Shown piece after piece: positions 28,958 to 38,928 of a stretch of 64,000 nucleotides of DNA. This DNA is from Desulfobacterales bacterium (GTDB lineage Bacteria; Desulfobacterota; Desulfobacteria; Desulfobacterales; UBA2156), in contig DRHF01000109.1 in assembly GCA_011049715.1 (NCBI GenBank), forward strand, positions 1,379-65,378, written 5' to 3'. How positions within the stretch are numbered: the first letter of the stretch is position 1; every line of letters begins with the position of its first letter. Both the position numbers and the translations under genes were made by a program. The notes beneath the pieces are model-generated. The model saw nothing but the letters and a program-made list of their open reading frames with translations, did not search any database and was not told the DNA's origin.

Positions 28958-30426
28958 TTTACCTGTGTCTTCGCTTTAAAAATAATACTTTTTCGCGAAA
29001 ATAGCATATCACACATCTCCATAAAAACACCTGATTGGAAGTAAAGGCAAAGAATACCGTAAATTACTATCCCAATAAATATTTGGGAAAGCAGCAAGGT
29101 AATATTGTTGGAGAACGTGACTAATTGTACAGAATAAATCCCAACTCCCATTACAGCACTTATTGGTAAGTAAGACGCAAAGTCGAACACCTGTTCCTTT
29201 AAAGGATAATCGATCATCTTTCCTGTGTAATAGGCGTTCACAAAATAGGCAAGAAAGGATGTGGCAATCTGCCCATAGATCATGGCTGTGATACCCCACC
29301 GGTAAGTGACGGTAATGGCAATCACAATCAGGATCCTTTTCAGTATCTCAAGTCGGAATAATAGATTGGAACGACCCTGAGCAATCAAAACATTCAGATT
29401 TATTGAATGAACTGGATACAACATTCCAACCACGCAAAGCAATTGCAAGTATGGAACACATGGAATCCATTTTTCGGTGAGCAATACCAGAACCAGCGGT
29501 TTGGCCACAATCGCCAAACCTACCATTATGGGAAAATTGATCACTACCAGCATGGTCAGCGCCTTACGAAGACCATGTTTTAACCGGGGTTTATCATCCT
29601 GCATCGACGAGAACACAGGAAAAGTAACCCGCCCGACTATACTAGAGATATTTGTTACAGGTAGTTGCTGAAGTTCCTTGGCGCGGGAATAAAACCCCAG
29701 GGCCATCGGAGAAAAAAGTTTACCTATCACCACAAGATAAATATTTTGGAAAACAGTATCGAGTAAACCCGAAGCAAAAAGACGCGAGCCAAAAGCAAAC
29801 ATACCGCTCAGGGAATCAAAGCTAAAGACCAGTGATGGGCGCCAGGTGTTGAAAAACCACAATAGAATGATTCGAAAAAGATTGCTGCCAAGCGACTGCC
29901 CCACCAGGCTCCAGACGCCAAAACCATTGAAAGCCATAGTTATACCAATCGCTCCTGAAACAATAGTGGCTATCATGCTTACTTTTAGTTGTGTCTTGAA
30001 ATCTAGCTGCTTTGTGAGCAGAGTAATCTGCACTAGGCCAAAAGCATTAATAATTAGATTAAGAGACAAGGCGTATGTCAGAGTCGCCAACAACGGCTGA
30101 TTATAAAACCCGGCTATCCACGGCGCAGATAGACACAGAAGGCCGGCAGCAAGAAAGCCCACAAGAATATTGAAATAAAATATCGAACATTCATCAATAT
30201 GAGTTACGTCTTGCTTTTGAATCAGGGCCTGGCCAAACCCGCTGTCAATAAACGACTGGGCACCAGCCATAAAAATCGCCATCATGGCAATCAGGCCAAA
30301 CTCTTCGGGTAGAAGCAACCGGGCCAGAATGATCGAGATGATAAGTTGGATTCCCAACTGGCCAAAGCGCTCAAGAAAACTCCAGAAGAGGGCGTGCAAT
30401 GTTTTGTTTTTTAATCCGTCTGACAT
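28954..30426 (-). CDS. wzx: Wzx/WzxC polysaccharide flippase
   Basis: ILARLLLPEEFGLIAM, DSGFGQALIQK, LGFYSRA; 12-14 TM segments. Confidence 0.93.
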   Translation of the reverse strand: MSDGLKNKTLHALFWSFLERFGQLGIQLIISIILARLLLPEEFGLIAMMAIFMAGAQSFIDSGFGQALIQKQDVTHIDECSIFYFNILVGFLAAGLLCLSAPWIAGFYNQPLLATLTYALSLNLIINAFGLVQITLLTKQLDFKTQLKVSMIATIVSGAIGITMAFNGFGVWSLVGQSLGSNLFRIILLWFFNTWRPSLVFSFDSLSGMFAFGSRLFASGLLDTVFQNIYLVVIGKLFSPMALGFYSRAKELQQLPVTNISSIVGRVTFPVFSSMQDDKPRLKHGLRKALTMLVVINFPIMVGLAIVAKPLVLVLLTEKWIPCVPYLQLLCVVGMLYPVHSINLNVLIAQGRSNLLFRLEILKRILIVIAITVTYRWGITAMIYGQIATSFLAYFVNAYYTGKMIDYPLKEQVFDFASYLPISAVMGVGIYSVQLVTFSNNITLLLSQIFIGIVIYGILCLYFQSGVFMEMCDMLFSRKSIIFKAKTQVK

Positions 30427-30499
30427 ATTTCAGGAACTCTTATGCCTCATAAAAGGTTTGGCTACACGATTCAGGATTCGTCAGCACCGCTCGTCTCAT

Positions 30500-30565
30500 T
30501 CAGATATGCTCGAAAAATAACCATAGCAAAGCGCCAACTGTCCTTTACCGCAAAGTCTCGCTCAT
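30500..30565 (-). pseudogene. 5' remnant of a second wzx flippase
   Basis: Reads MSETLR*RTVGALLWLFFEHI*, aligning to the intact wzx start MSDGLKNKTLHALFWSFLERFG. Confidence 0.5.
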
Positions 30566-30647
30566 TTCTTCGCAGCGCTTTCTGTTGATCGACAGGTGCG
30601 TTGCGCGATTCCACGCTGTACAACGACCCCGCTGTTCAGAATAGGAG

Positions 30648-30892
30648 CTATGTTTCTGAATTCAGGTGGGCCATAATCTCCTCCGGGGTATTCCACATCA
30701 ACACGTCAATGATCGAGAGTCCAGGAACGAAATCCCAGCGTCGGCAATCATATTCCATATTCTGGAATTCTTGGATTTTGAGGGTGATGCCGCTGGCAGC
30801 GAAGTTCCCAGTGTCAAAAGTATCAGCTCCGCCAGGGGAATTGAGGTATTCCGTCGCGCCCATTGCTTCTGAAATTCGCAGCGCCCAGTCGA
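30648..30892 (-). pseudogene. C-terminal fragment of a WbqC-family protein
   Basis: WALRISEAMGATEYLNSPGG...FVPGLSIIDVLMWN is a typical WbqC C-terminus; the N-terminal two thirds are missing. Confidence 0.85.
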
Positions 30893-31009
30893 CGACAAAC
30901 GCTTTTCAACACTCCCACGTTCAGGTGCGAGATATAAGATTCCTTTTCATCATCTTTTTGCACAATTTCATTCGATCTGCCGGGTTTTGGTTTTTCCAAA
31001 GAAACAGAG

Positions 31010-31185
31010 AAGTTCAAATACACTGTAGGGGTAAAAACGATCTGATTCTTCCTCCTGAAAATGCGTTTAAATTGGAAAAACACTTCAAACATGCCAAAGT
31101 AGCACTTCTACCAAAATGTGGTCATTTACCTCATGAAGAAAAGGCCGATGATTTCAATAAACTCGTTTTACAATATCTTTCTTGA
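31010..31185 (+). pseudogene. C-terminal fragment of an alpha/beta hydrolase
   Basis: GKNDLILP (catalytic Asp) and CGHLPHEEKADDFN (catalytic His); no GxSxG part upstream. Confidence 0.75.
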
Positions 31186-31197
31186 AAATATCGATTT

Positions 31198-32502
31198 TTA
31201 TGATGTGGGTATCGGTCGAGAAACCCATCGAACAAGATGATGATTTAACATATATCCGTCCCAGGGAAGTTCAAATTGCGTCATCGCACCAAGCTCGGTA
31301 AATCGCTGTACTCCTTTTTCCGCAAATAACATTGTCAGGATTTCATATCTTTCCTTTTCAGCAATCAAGCCAACTGATTGTACATTTGGGGTGATAAGAT
31401 CGGCAACACGCTCCAGACGATCTACTTTTCTAATGAATAACGTTCTGTTTCCTATTGGGGGTCCCAATTTTATCTCATCGTCCGAAAGAATTGTAAACTC
31501 AATACCGTCAGAATACCAAGCTTTATGAAACATATCATATTGTGCTCTTAAATTCAAAATTGCCGAAACTTCCTTTTGAGTTGGAACTGTTTTAGGAATG
31601 GACAGAAGTGCATTATTTAATGCTTGCTTAAGAAGAAACGCAAATTCTTCCAGTTCAGTTTCATCTTCGGTCTCAAGGAACAATGTGTGAGGCGATGCAC
31701 AGGCCTTTTGCTCAAAGACGGACATGTCCGTGGCAATCCGTTTTGAAATAGTCTCCTTGTCAATTGATTGTAAAGAATTTTTATCGATAATCATCAATGA
31801 GGTTTTATTGGAAAAAACCAAATCCATGACTCCAAGTTTGGCAGGAAGCGAACGTAAAGCTTTGACGCTATCATCATTTCCCCAAAATATTCGAACGTCT
31901 GCATGTTCGGAAATAAATCGTCCCAATTCTTTCTTAGAACTATCATATCGGATAACAGCAATAGATCTTGCCAACTCTTTGCAACTATGGTTCTCATCAA
32001 TTGTTACCTTGGAAAGAATTTCCAAGAGTCGGGCCAGTAAATCACCAGATTGGGAAGATGTCTTGATCAGGTTAACATTTTTAGTTAATATTCCCTGGAT
32101 TAGTGATAGAAAACCTAAAGTTGGTACATTACCGGCCATCCAGTGAATCACCAAGCCTCTGGGTAAAGCGCGATATGAGCGGTTTTTTACAGCTGACCCT
32201 GACACGAAGCTATCAAGGACATATATGTCTGAAAAACTGTTTTTTAGCAAACGAATTAGATTTGATTTACGGCACCACCCAGCAATATATGCAATACCAG
32301 AATTCGGAAAAGCACGATGAATGGGATTTTGTCTATCCATTAGTCTCTTACTGAAATCATCGAAAACGTCGATAATCTTACCTACTGGCAATTGTCCCAG
32401 AACATTTCCGGCATTTATAATGCCATCGATAATTTCAGATATTTTATAGTTTTCCTGTGCAACCCGCCCATTATAAAAATCAGCTTGAACTTGCTCCATC
32501 AC
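31198..32502 (-). CDS. luxC: LuxC-family acyl-CoA/acyl-protein reductase
   Basis: PRGLVIHWMAGNVP, NVNLIKTSS, FEQKACASP (catalytic Cys), PWDG...LVRWVS. Confidence 0.88.
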   Translation of the reverse strand: MMEQVQADFYNGRVAQENYKISEIIDGIINAGNVLGQLPVGKIIDVFDDFSKRLMDRQNPIHRAFPNSGIAYIAGWCRKSNLIRLLKNSFSDIYVLDSFVSGSAVKNRSYRALPRGLVIHWMAGNVPTLGFLSLIQGILTKNVNLIKTSSQSGDLLARLLEILSKVTIDENHSCKELARSIAVIRYDSSKKELGRFISEHADVRIFWGNDDSVKALRSLPAKLGVMDLVFSNKTSLMIIDKNSLQSIDKETISKRIATDMSVFEQKACASPHTLFLETEDETELEEFAFLLKQALNNALLSIPKTVPTQKEVSAILNLRAQYDMFHKAWYSDGIEFTILSDDEIKLGPPIGNRTLFIRKVDRLERVADLITPNVQSVGLIAEKERYEILTMLFAEKGVQRFTELGAMTQFELPWDGYMLNHHLVRWVSRPIPTS

Positions 32503-33611
32503 GCAAATTTCTCCGCCATAATATCACCACAGCCCCGAATTTCAGCTTGCTTTGCTCTCCCCAACACCTTGAAAGTTTTTCCTTTCCTTCCACAAGAACA
32601 GTCATCAATCCCTGTAATACAGCCCACATCCTCTGTTAACACCGAATGCCCGGGATAAGATGTTTGTATTGGGGTAATAAACTGAAGCAAGCCTTCTTCA
32701 CCAATTCTCATCGGATTTAATGAAAGCTGATCTCTGACAACAACCTCACCCCATATTGGAACATGTCTTACCCCTGCTTCACATGTTGGATAGATCATAC
32801 CGGATTGTTCTGTAAAACCGTAGAAGTCAACAACATCCCCCTTATTAACACCAAAAACGTCACTACAATCGGCAATCAATTTCTTTGGAGATACTTTTTC
32901 AGACTCAAGTTTCTTCCATCCACCAATGTGTATAATCTTACTGCCTTTGAGTTTGTATTTCATCTTCTTTTCTAAAAGCTTACGTACAACAACCGAGTAA
33001 AGAATATAGGTAAAACCAAAAATTATAATTTCCTCTTTTGCATTTTCAGCCTCAAGTAAAAGTTTGTCAAATTTATCGTCATCAAGGTTGAACTTCCCAT
33101 CTATTTCTTCAAGGCAGGTATGAGTTTTACCGGCACAAAATAATAAGGATCGAATGGTAGAGCTTCTAGCCGTAACTTGCCTATTTCTACCAACAGATTC
33201 GGGGGTATCTATAACAATAAATTTCCTTCGCTTATTTCCAAGCCGATTAAGGACAACTTTGTTAAAACATTTGGACTGCCGGCGGCTTGTCTCTTTATCC
33301 AAAGCTATACGACTAGATCTTCCACTTGTAGTTGCACTTGAGCTTATAGTTCTGAAAATCTTATTTTCAGGTATAGATAACAGCAATGCATCTTTGAATA
33401 TAGAAGCTGGCAAGTACGGCAATTCTTCAATTTGCTGCCATTTATCATAATTAAACCTTCTCTTCTTGCAGAAGTTTTGATATGGCTGACAATTATTATA
33501 ATGATGATGTGCTACTTTTCTTAAAACTTCAATTAATAATGAAGATTTATGCGCTCTATCTAGTGAATATACTTCTTTCATTAAAAGATCGTTAAGATGT
33601 TTAAACTCCAT
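32499..33611 (-). CDS. luxE: LuxE-family acyl-protein synthetase
   Basis: LPYLPASIFK, SSSATTSG, HIGGWK, YGFTEQ, SYPGHSVLTED, GRAKQAEIRGC (C-terminal acylated Cys). Confidence 0.9.
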   Translation of the reverse strand: MEFKHLNDLLMKEVYSLDRAHKSSLLIEVLRKVAHHHYNNCQPYQNFCKKRRFNYDKWQQIEELPYLPASIFKDALLLSIPENKIFRTISSSATTSGRSSRIALDKETSRRQSKCFNKVVLNRLGNKRRKFIVIDTPESVGRNRQVTARSSTIRSLLFCAGKTHTCLEEIDGKFNLDDDKFDKLLLEAENAKEEIIIFGFTYILYSVVVRKLLEKKMKYKLKGSKIIHIGGWKKLESEKVSPKKLIADCSDVFGVNKGDVVDFYGFTEQSGMIYPTCEAGVRHVPIWGEVVVRDQLSLNPMRIGEEGLLQFITPIQTSYPGHSVLTEDVGCITGIDDCSCGRKGKTFKVLGRAKQAEIRGCGDIMAEKFA

Positions 33612-33622
33612 ATTTCTATACC

Positions 33623-33859
33623 TTATGTAAGTTTTGATTCAAAGAATGATACTATCATTTTAAAGTTTTCAAGTTCTATGCCTTCGTCAGGATTTATTTC
33701 AATGGAAAAAGTTTCTTCAAGTGCTGAAATCAACTGAACGTGGGCCAGAGAATCCCAGGATTCAACATTGTCGGGATTCGAGGAATCGGTAATGGAATCC
33801 TCATGAACTTCCATAACTTGGGAAAACACGCCTATACAAGTCTGCCTAACATTATTCAT
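33623..33859 (-). CDS. Acyl carrier protein
   Basis: Small acidic protein with WDSLAH phosphopantetheine Ser motif and LEETFSIEI. Confidence 0.9.
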   Translation of the reverse strand: MNNVRQTCIGVFSQVMEVHEDSITDSSNPDNVESWDSLAHVQLISALEETFSIEINPDEGIELENFKMIVSFFESKLT

Positions 33860-33883
33860 AAAAAATCTCCAGATTAACAATAT

Positions 33884-34846
33884 TTATTTAACAGCCAAAA
33901 CTGCTGCGTAATTAATGTTATGTCCATCTTTCTCAGATTCTTCAATGGTCATTTGTCTTAATGTGCCCAAATGCTCATCTAAAACCCTCCATTTACATTT
34001 GTCTATAAAATCTCGAATTTCTTTCACAGTTCTAAAAAGTAGAATGTGGTCTTCGGCGGGAGAGTTAGCAGCTGTTGAAAAATAGCAAAAGCCTGAGGTT
34101 TTCATTTTAGTAGCCATGTTTGACATCACTGCTTCACCATCCTGAATATGCTCTATAAGCTCTCCCATCAGCAAAGCATCAAGAGATTCATCCTCAACTG
34201 GAATTTCCTTTTGTATATCACAAATAATGGGCTCTGCTCTTTTGGAATCAACACCAGTTGCTTCAATCATCTTTTGCGTCATTTTCAAAGCTGATGGGCT
34301 GATATCAATAAGTTTGGATTGCATCTCCGGACAACCGCGCAAGAGCTCGGAATGAAAAAGCCCATGGCCAACACCAACTTCAGCACCATTTGAAAAGTCC
34401 TTTACCTTGGGAATAAAACTATCAAGAAAAAATTTAAATATTTCCCAATGGTTCGGCCAAAATATCTGGGTCATGCCTAAGCCTACAACATAATCAATCA
34501 TATAATCGTCACGCCCATAAACTTTTCTAAATACTTCTTCATAATCAGAATACCTATAATTGCCTTCTTTCCTAAAGTACATCTCCTCAATGCGAATGGT
34601 TTTCGTATACCAGAGATATGTTTTCGCAATATATTCATATCCATCCTCGCAATCTACTACCTTCAGCATTCTATTTGCAAGACTTTCAGCAAATTCAAAA
34701 TATCGTTTATCAGCAATATTGCAATATCTATTAATTGCTTTTTTCTGAAAAGGCGATAACGCGGCAATTTGTTCAATTATTTTATATAAATTCGTGTAGT
34801 TTTTTACCATATCAGCCACATTTTCCTCCCTCATATTATTTTTCAT
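33884..34846 (-). CDS. Class I SAM-dependent methyltransferase
   Basis: EVGVGHG motif I, IDISPSA, GELIEHI, DHILLF. Confidence 0.85.
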   Translation of the reverse strand: MKNNMREENVADMVKNYTNLYKIIEQIAALSPFQKKAINRYCNIADKRYFEFAESLANRMLKVVDCEDGYEYIAKTYLWYTKTIRIEEMYFRKEGNYRYSDYEEVFRKVYGRDDYMIDYVVGLGMTQIFWPNHWEIFKFFLDSFIPKVKDFSNGAEVGVGHGLFHSELLRGCPEMQSKLIDISPSALKMTQKMIEATGVDSKRAEPIICDIQKEIPVEDESLDALLMGELIEHIQDGEAVMSNMATKMKTSGFCYFSTAANSPAEDHILLFRTVKEIRDFIDKCKWRVLDEHLGTLRQMTIEESEKDGHNINYAAVLAVK

Positions 34847-35534
34847 TTTTCTGAATCACTTCCGGCTCATTAAAGAAAAAACATATTTCAGCTTCAAAAT
34901 TTACATTCAAACCCTTTACTGAACATCTGCGAATAAGGTAGCATTTACCATTATGATGAACTGTTGACTTGTTCTTAAACTTGACTTCTTTATATATTGA
35001 AAACTCACTATTATCCGGCCATTTAAAATTGGTTAAATATGCCCATGATGGCCTACCACTTACCCCAGTATGAATCACCTCGGCCATGCAGTATCGGTAG
35101 TTTGCTTCTACTACTCCACGAACAAGAGAAAATGTGTCAGATATATTATTTAGAACAGTTAAATATATACCATCTTCACTTTTATACTCATCTTCAATGT
35201 ATATACTTCGATCATAATCTTCCTTTCTCTCAACAACTGGTTGTCTTTTTTGTTCAAATAGTAAAAGTTTTTTTCCTCCACTTTCTCCGGTCAAAATGTG
35301 CATCTGGGCAGCAGCATCTCGACTTATAATATTTGAAGCATCATCATCTTTAATCTCTAAAAAACAATTAGACCTAATGAACCGATTGATTTTGAATGAT
35401 TTAATACTTGTGATAAATCCATTCTCATTACTTATCTTATCTATTTTTTGATAACTTTTCAGCATTTCTTCAAAAATAGTTAAACCATTCACATAATCTC
35501 GTTTGCCCAAGTAAAACAATGGAATATATATCAT
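34836..35534 (-). CDS. Hypothetical protein in the acylation cassette
   Basis: Long ORF with RBS GAGGAG, overlapping the next gene, same strand as the operon; family not recognised. Confidence 0.7.
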   Translation of the reverse strand: MIYIPLFYLGKRDYVNGLTIFEEMLKSYQKIDKISNENGFITSIKSFKINRFIRSNCFLEIKDDDASNIISRDAAAQMHILTGESGGKKLLLFEQKRQPVVERKEDYDRSIYIEDEYKSEDGIYLTVLNNISDTFSLVRGVVEANYRYCMAEVIHTGVSGRPSWAYLTNFKWPDNSEFSIYKEVKFKNKSTVHHNGKCYLIRRCSVKGLNVNFEAEICFFFNEPEVIQKNEK

Positions 35535-35629
35535 ACATATTCTCCTCAATTTTCCATCTTACATTTTAGGTAAATAATAGTGTCTTCTTCCGATGTCTTT
35601 TTATCAATAGTTTTTGAATTATGTTGCAT

Positions 35630-36571
35630 TCACGAATACCGTGCTGGTACTCCTGATAATTTCCCGCTATATGTCTTCAAATTCAATTTCTCCGCAGGGT
35701 TTCCAAATAACGTTATGCCGGTTTCTTTAAAATTCTTTACTACAACAGCCCCAATTCCAATTGTTGTATTATCAGGTATTTTGATATGAGGTCTGGCAGA
35801 AGTTGCGGACCCCAAAAAACAGTTCTTTCCGCTCTGTACAGAACCTGCCAGAGAAACATTACTTGCCAAGTGGTTATTTTCTCCTATAATACAGCTATGT
35901 CCAATTAAAGTCCCATGACCTATTAAACTCTTTCTTCCAATAATTGTAGGTGTGTTCTCAAAGGCACCTTTAACAATTGTGACATTAGAACCTATAAATA
36001 CATCATCTTCAATAATGACATTTCCTGTTTGCAAACACCGTATCTTATTTCCTTTTTCATCCCAGGCCCACATGACACCGGTAGCGCCAATTACAGAATT
36101 GGACTGTATATGAATATTATCTCCTATTTTAGTACCTTTATGAATTTTCACTCCGGATTCAATTAGCACATTTTCCCCAATCAAACAGTCCTCTATCAAA
36201 CTAAATGGACCAATAGATGCATTTTTTCCTATAATAGCAGATTCATGAACAATTGAATGAGGATGAATTTCATAATCCCTTTTGTTTTCAAATAAAGAAG
36301 ATATATAATAAAATAATAATTGTGGATGTTTAGTAAAAATGTAAGCGTTTTTCAGCTTTTCATTTATTTTTAAATCGGGCTTACAGATGATAATTGATTT
36401 TTCTATTCTCTCTATACTATCCGGCTTATTACCTTCATAATAACATAATGTTTCTTTTACTTCCGGACCTATGGCTGATAATTTATTAACTTGTATATCA
36501 TCTCCATGTACATTGAATTCTAGATTCTTTGAATTCAAAAAATCTATTATAGTTTCTAATTTAATAACCAT
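35630..36571 (-). CDS. LpxD-like hexapeptide-repeat N-acyltransferase
   Basis: N-terminal LpxD-type domain, left-handed beta-helix repeats (IHPHSIVHESAIIG, GNVIIEDDVFIGSN), IGHSC catalytic His, GNPA. Confidence 0.82.
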   Translation of the reverse strand: MVIKLETIIDFLNSKNLEFNVHGDDIQVNKLSAIGPEVKETLCYYEGNKPDSIERIEKSIIICKPDLKINEKLKNAYIFTKHPQLLFYYISSLFENKRDYEIHPHSIVHESAIIGKNASIGPFSLIEDCLIGENVLIESGVKIHKGTKIGDNIHIQSNSVIGATGVMWAWDEKGNKIRCLQTGNVIIEDDVFIGSNVTIVKGAFENTPTIIGRKSLIGHGTLIGHSCIIGENNHLASNVSLAGSVQSGKNCFLGSATSARPHIKIPDNTTIGIGAVVVKNFKETGITLFGNPAEKLNLKTYSGKLSGVPARYS

Positions 36572-36664
36572 TTTAATAACCTCACATAAATTTCCTTAAA
36601 ACTGTTCTTGGACAATAGTGGTTTTATTATACTTAAAACTACAAATTTAAATTTGTTCCCCTAA

Positions 36665-37861
36665 CTAACTAACTTTTGAGATAGAATATGTGCGTGAAGT
36701 GGTTACTTCTTCAGTAATTTGCATTGCTGTTGTTCTTTCTCTATGAATATGCATAATAATATCACAAATTCGATTCACATCATCCAGACTCAAATCATAA
36801 TAAGTGGGCAATGTTAGAATACGTTCCGAAACTTTCTGCGCTACTTTCAGGGAGGCAACTATCGATATGCTTTTATAACACGCGAAATCACATATTAGCG
36901 GATAAAAATATCGTCTCGCAAAAACATTGTATTGATTCAGTTTTTCATAAAGTTCATCGCGGTTCATGCCGAACTCCTTCTCATCTACTTCGATAGGCAT
37001 GTAGGCGTAGTTGTATCGAATGTCCTCTGGGAGTGGTGGTGGCAGATGGATTCCAGGAACTGTGCTGAACCTCTCGCGATAAAGCGTGTCGATCTGCTGG
37101 CTCTTTTCGATGATTTCGTCGAAATACTTGAGGACATGGATGCCCATAAGGGCCTGTATTTCGGTCATCTTGGCGTTGGTCCCGGGCATCACGACTTCGA
37201 CTTGGCTCTTAAAGCCGAAATTCTTCAGGTAGTCAAAAGTGCTTTTGAGACCCGAATCCTTAAAGGTCAAGAGGCCACCTTCGAGGGAGTGGTAGGACTT
37301 GGTGGCATGAAAGCTGAACATGCTCATATCGCCAAAGTGCGCGATAGACCTGCCGTTCACCTCTACGCCGAATGCGTGCGCCGCGTCGTAGATCAGGTTC
37401 AGATTGTGACGCCGGGCAATGTCTGCCAAGGCGTGCAAATTGGCAGGATAACCAAAGACATGGACCGCGAGGATCGCAGTGGTCCAAGGGGTAATGGCTG
37501 CCTCAACCTTCTCGGGGTCTAATGTATAGTAGTCTGGCTCGATGTCCACGAAAACGGGCCGGATCTTATTCCAGAAGAGAGCGTGAGTGGTGGCAACGAA
37601 AGTGAACGGGGTCGTGATAACCTCGCCGGAAATTCCCATCCCCTGCAGCCCGATTTGCAGCGCCAAGGTGCCGTTGGTAAAGAGACACGCATTATCCGTC
37701 TGGAAATAGTGAGACAACTGACGGGTGAAACGCTGAAGAACTGGTCCGTCGTTCGTCAGCCAGTGGGTATCCCATATTTCCTTAAGGCTTTCACAGAAAT
37801 CCTCAAACCTTGGCAAAAATGGCTTGGTAACATATATCGGCTTTTTAAAAGGTTTTATCAT
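36665..37861 (-). CDS. DegT/DnrJ-family sugar aminotransferase (VioA-like)
   Basis: IYVTKPFLP, TTPFTFVAT, YDAAHAFG, SFHATK (PLP Lys), GTNAKM, RRYFYP. Confidence 0.93.
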   Translation of the reverse strand: MIKPFKKPIYVTKPFLPRFEDFCESLKEIWDTHWLTNDGPVLQRFTRQLSHYFQTDNACLFTNGTLALQIGLQGMGISGEVITTPFTFVATTHALFWNKIRPVFVDIEPDYYTLDPEKVEAAITPWTTAILAVHVFGYPANLHALADIARRHNLNLIYDAAHAFGVEVNGRSIAHFGDMSMFSFHATKSYHSLEGGLLTFKDSGLKSTFDYLKNFGFKSQVEVVMPGTNAKMTEIQALMGIHVLKYFDEIIEKSQQIDTLYRERFSTVPGIHLPPPLPEDIRYNYAYMPIEVDEKEFGMNRDELYEKLNQYNVFARRYFYPLICDFACYKSISIVASLKVAQKVSERILTLPTYYDLSLDDVNRICDIIMHIHRERTTAMQITEEVTTSRTYSISKVS

Positions 37862-38057
37862 GTTAACTCCATATTAGGACGTTGCCACCTTCTATAGGTG
37901 GAAAAAAGAGGGACAGCCATGATTTTATGCGTTTCTTATCTTTTTTTAGCGGATCTGGTGTGTTTGCTGCTATTGTTTAGTATCAGGGAGATGAATTCTT
38001 GAAAATGCAATTTTGTATCCAGCTCCACCCCTTAATTAGCACGAACATAATGAGTTA

Positions 38058-38495
38058 TTAATCGGTTAAAATCACTTCCCAATACCCATTTCGATCACTT
38101 CCAAAGCGTTTTAATCGCTCCGTGGCCTTTAATTTTACAATATGCCCTTTAATCGTATTCGGACTTTTTACAAGAGCTCTGGCGAGATCTTCACGCGTTA
38201 TATTTGGATTTTTACTCAGGAGAGCGAGGATTTGATCACGAGTTCGAGTTTTCTGGGTGGCTTTGAAAATCGTTACCTTAAAACCTTTCTGAATCTCTTC
38301 AAAAACCGGTTGGGGCAGGTCGTACTCGCTAAAGGTCTCAAGAACTCTTTTGATACCAGATCCATATTTTTCGATTATTCCCGCTTCCTTAAATACTGTT
38401 GCGATTTGTTTATTTCGTATGGAAGGAGAATAGTCTCCTCGGATCAGTTGCTCTACGGCTAATCCATCCGGCAGATTACCAGGATTAAAATGCGA
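38058..38495 (-). pseudogene. C-terminal fragment of a RecG_C/HATPase + HTH protein
   Basis: FNPGNLP...IRNKQIA...IEKYGSGIKR then HTH ending GSDRNGYWEV; the N-terminus is replaced by the TA module. Confidence 0.8.
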
Positions 38496-38508
38496 GCAAC
38501 CTCCCTTC

Positions 38509-38928
38509 TCATGGATTATGCCAGTTTTCAATTTTCAGCCTCAAAAACTGTTTAAAATCGTCAATGTTCCGCGTTACCAGGATCAGACCATTCACCACGG
38601 ATATTGCCGCAATCTGTCCATCAACAAATGACGGGGTTAAGCCTTTCGATGATAATCTGGCACGTTCTCTTGCATGCCACTCTGCTGCCCTGTCGTCATA
38701 AGGTAGAATAAGCATCGTGCGTTTGACGATGTCGTTAAGGAATGAAGCGAGTACTTCACGTTTACGGGATCGCGGAAGGCGTTGACAACCAAATTGAAGC
38801 TCATGCCAAACTGGCGCCGCAGTGACGATCTCGTGCTGGAATTTTTCAAACATCTTCAAGACCGAGGTATCCGGGACAGTTTTCACTGCCTCTGATAGTA
38901 CGTTTGTATCAATGAGATATTTCATCAC
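38509..38928 (-). CDS. Type II toxin, VapC (PIN domain)
   Basis: YLIDTNVLSE, DGQIAAI, LVTRNIDDF. Confidence 0.93.
   Translation of the reverse strand: MMKYLIDTNVLSEAVKTVPDTSVLKMFEKFQHEIVTAAPVWHELQFGCQRLPRSRKREVLASFLNDIVKRTMLILPYDDRAAEWHARERARLSSKGLTPSFVDGQIAAISVVNGLILVTRNIDDFKQFLRLKIENWHNP

Noticed and set aside
30601-31185. 194-aa ORF as an intact LuxD-like hydrolase
   Set aside because: Only the last ~55 aa resemble a hydrolase; the rest is antisense wbqC, there is no nucleophile motif, and it is on the opposite strand.
31198-33611. Bioluminescence operon
   Set aside because: No luxA, luxB or intact luxD in the window; the context is glycan biosynthesis in a probable anaerobe.
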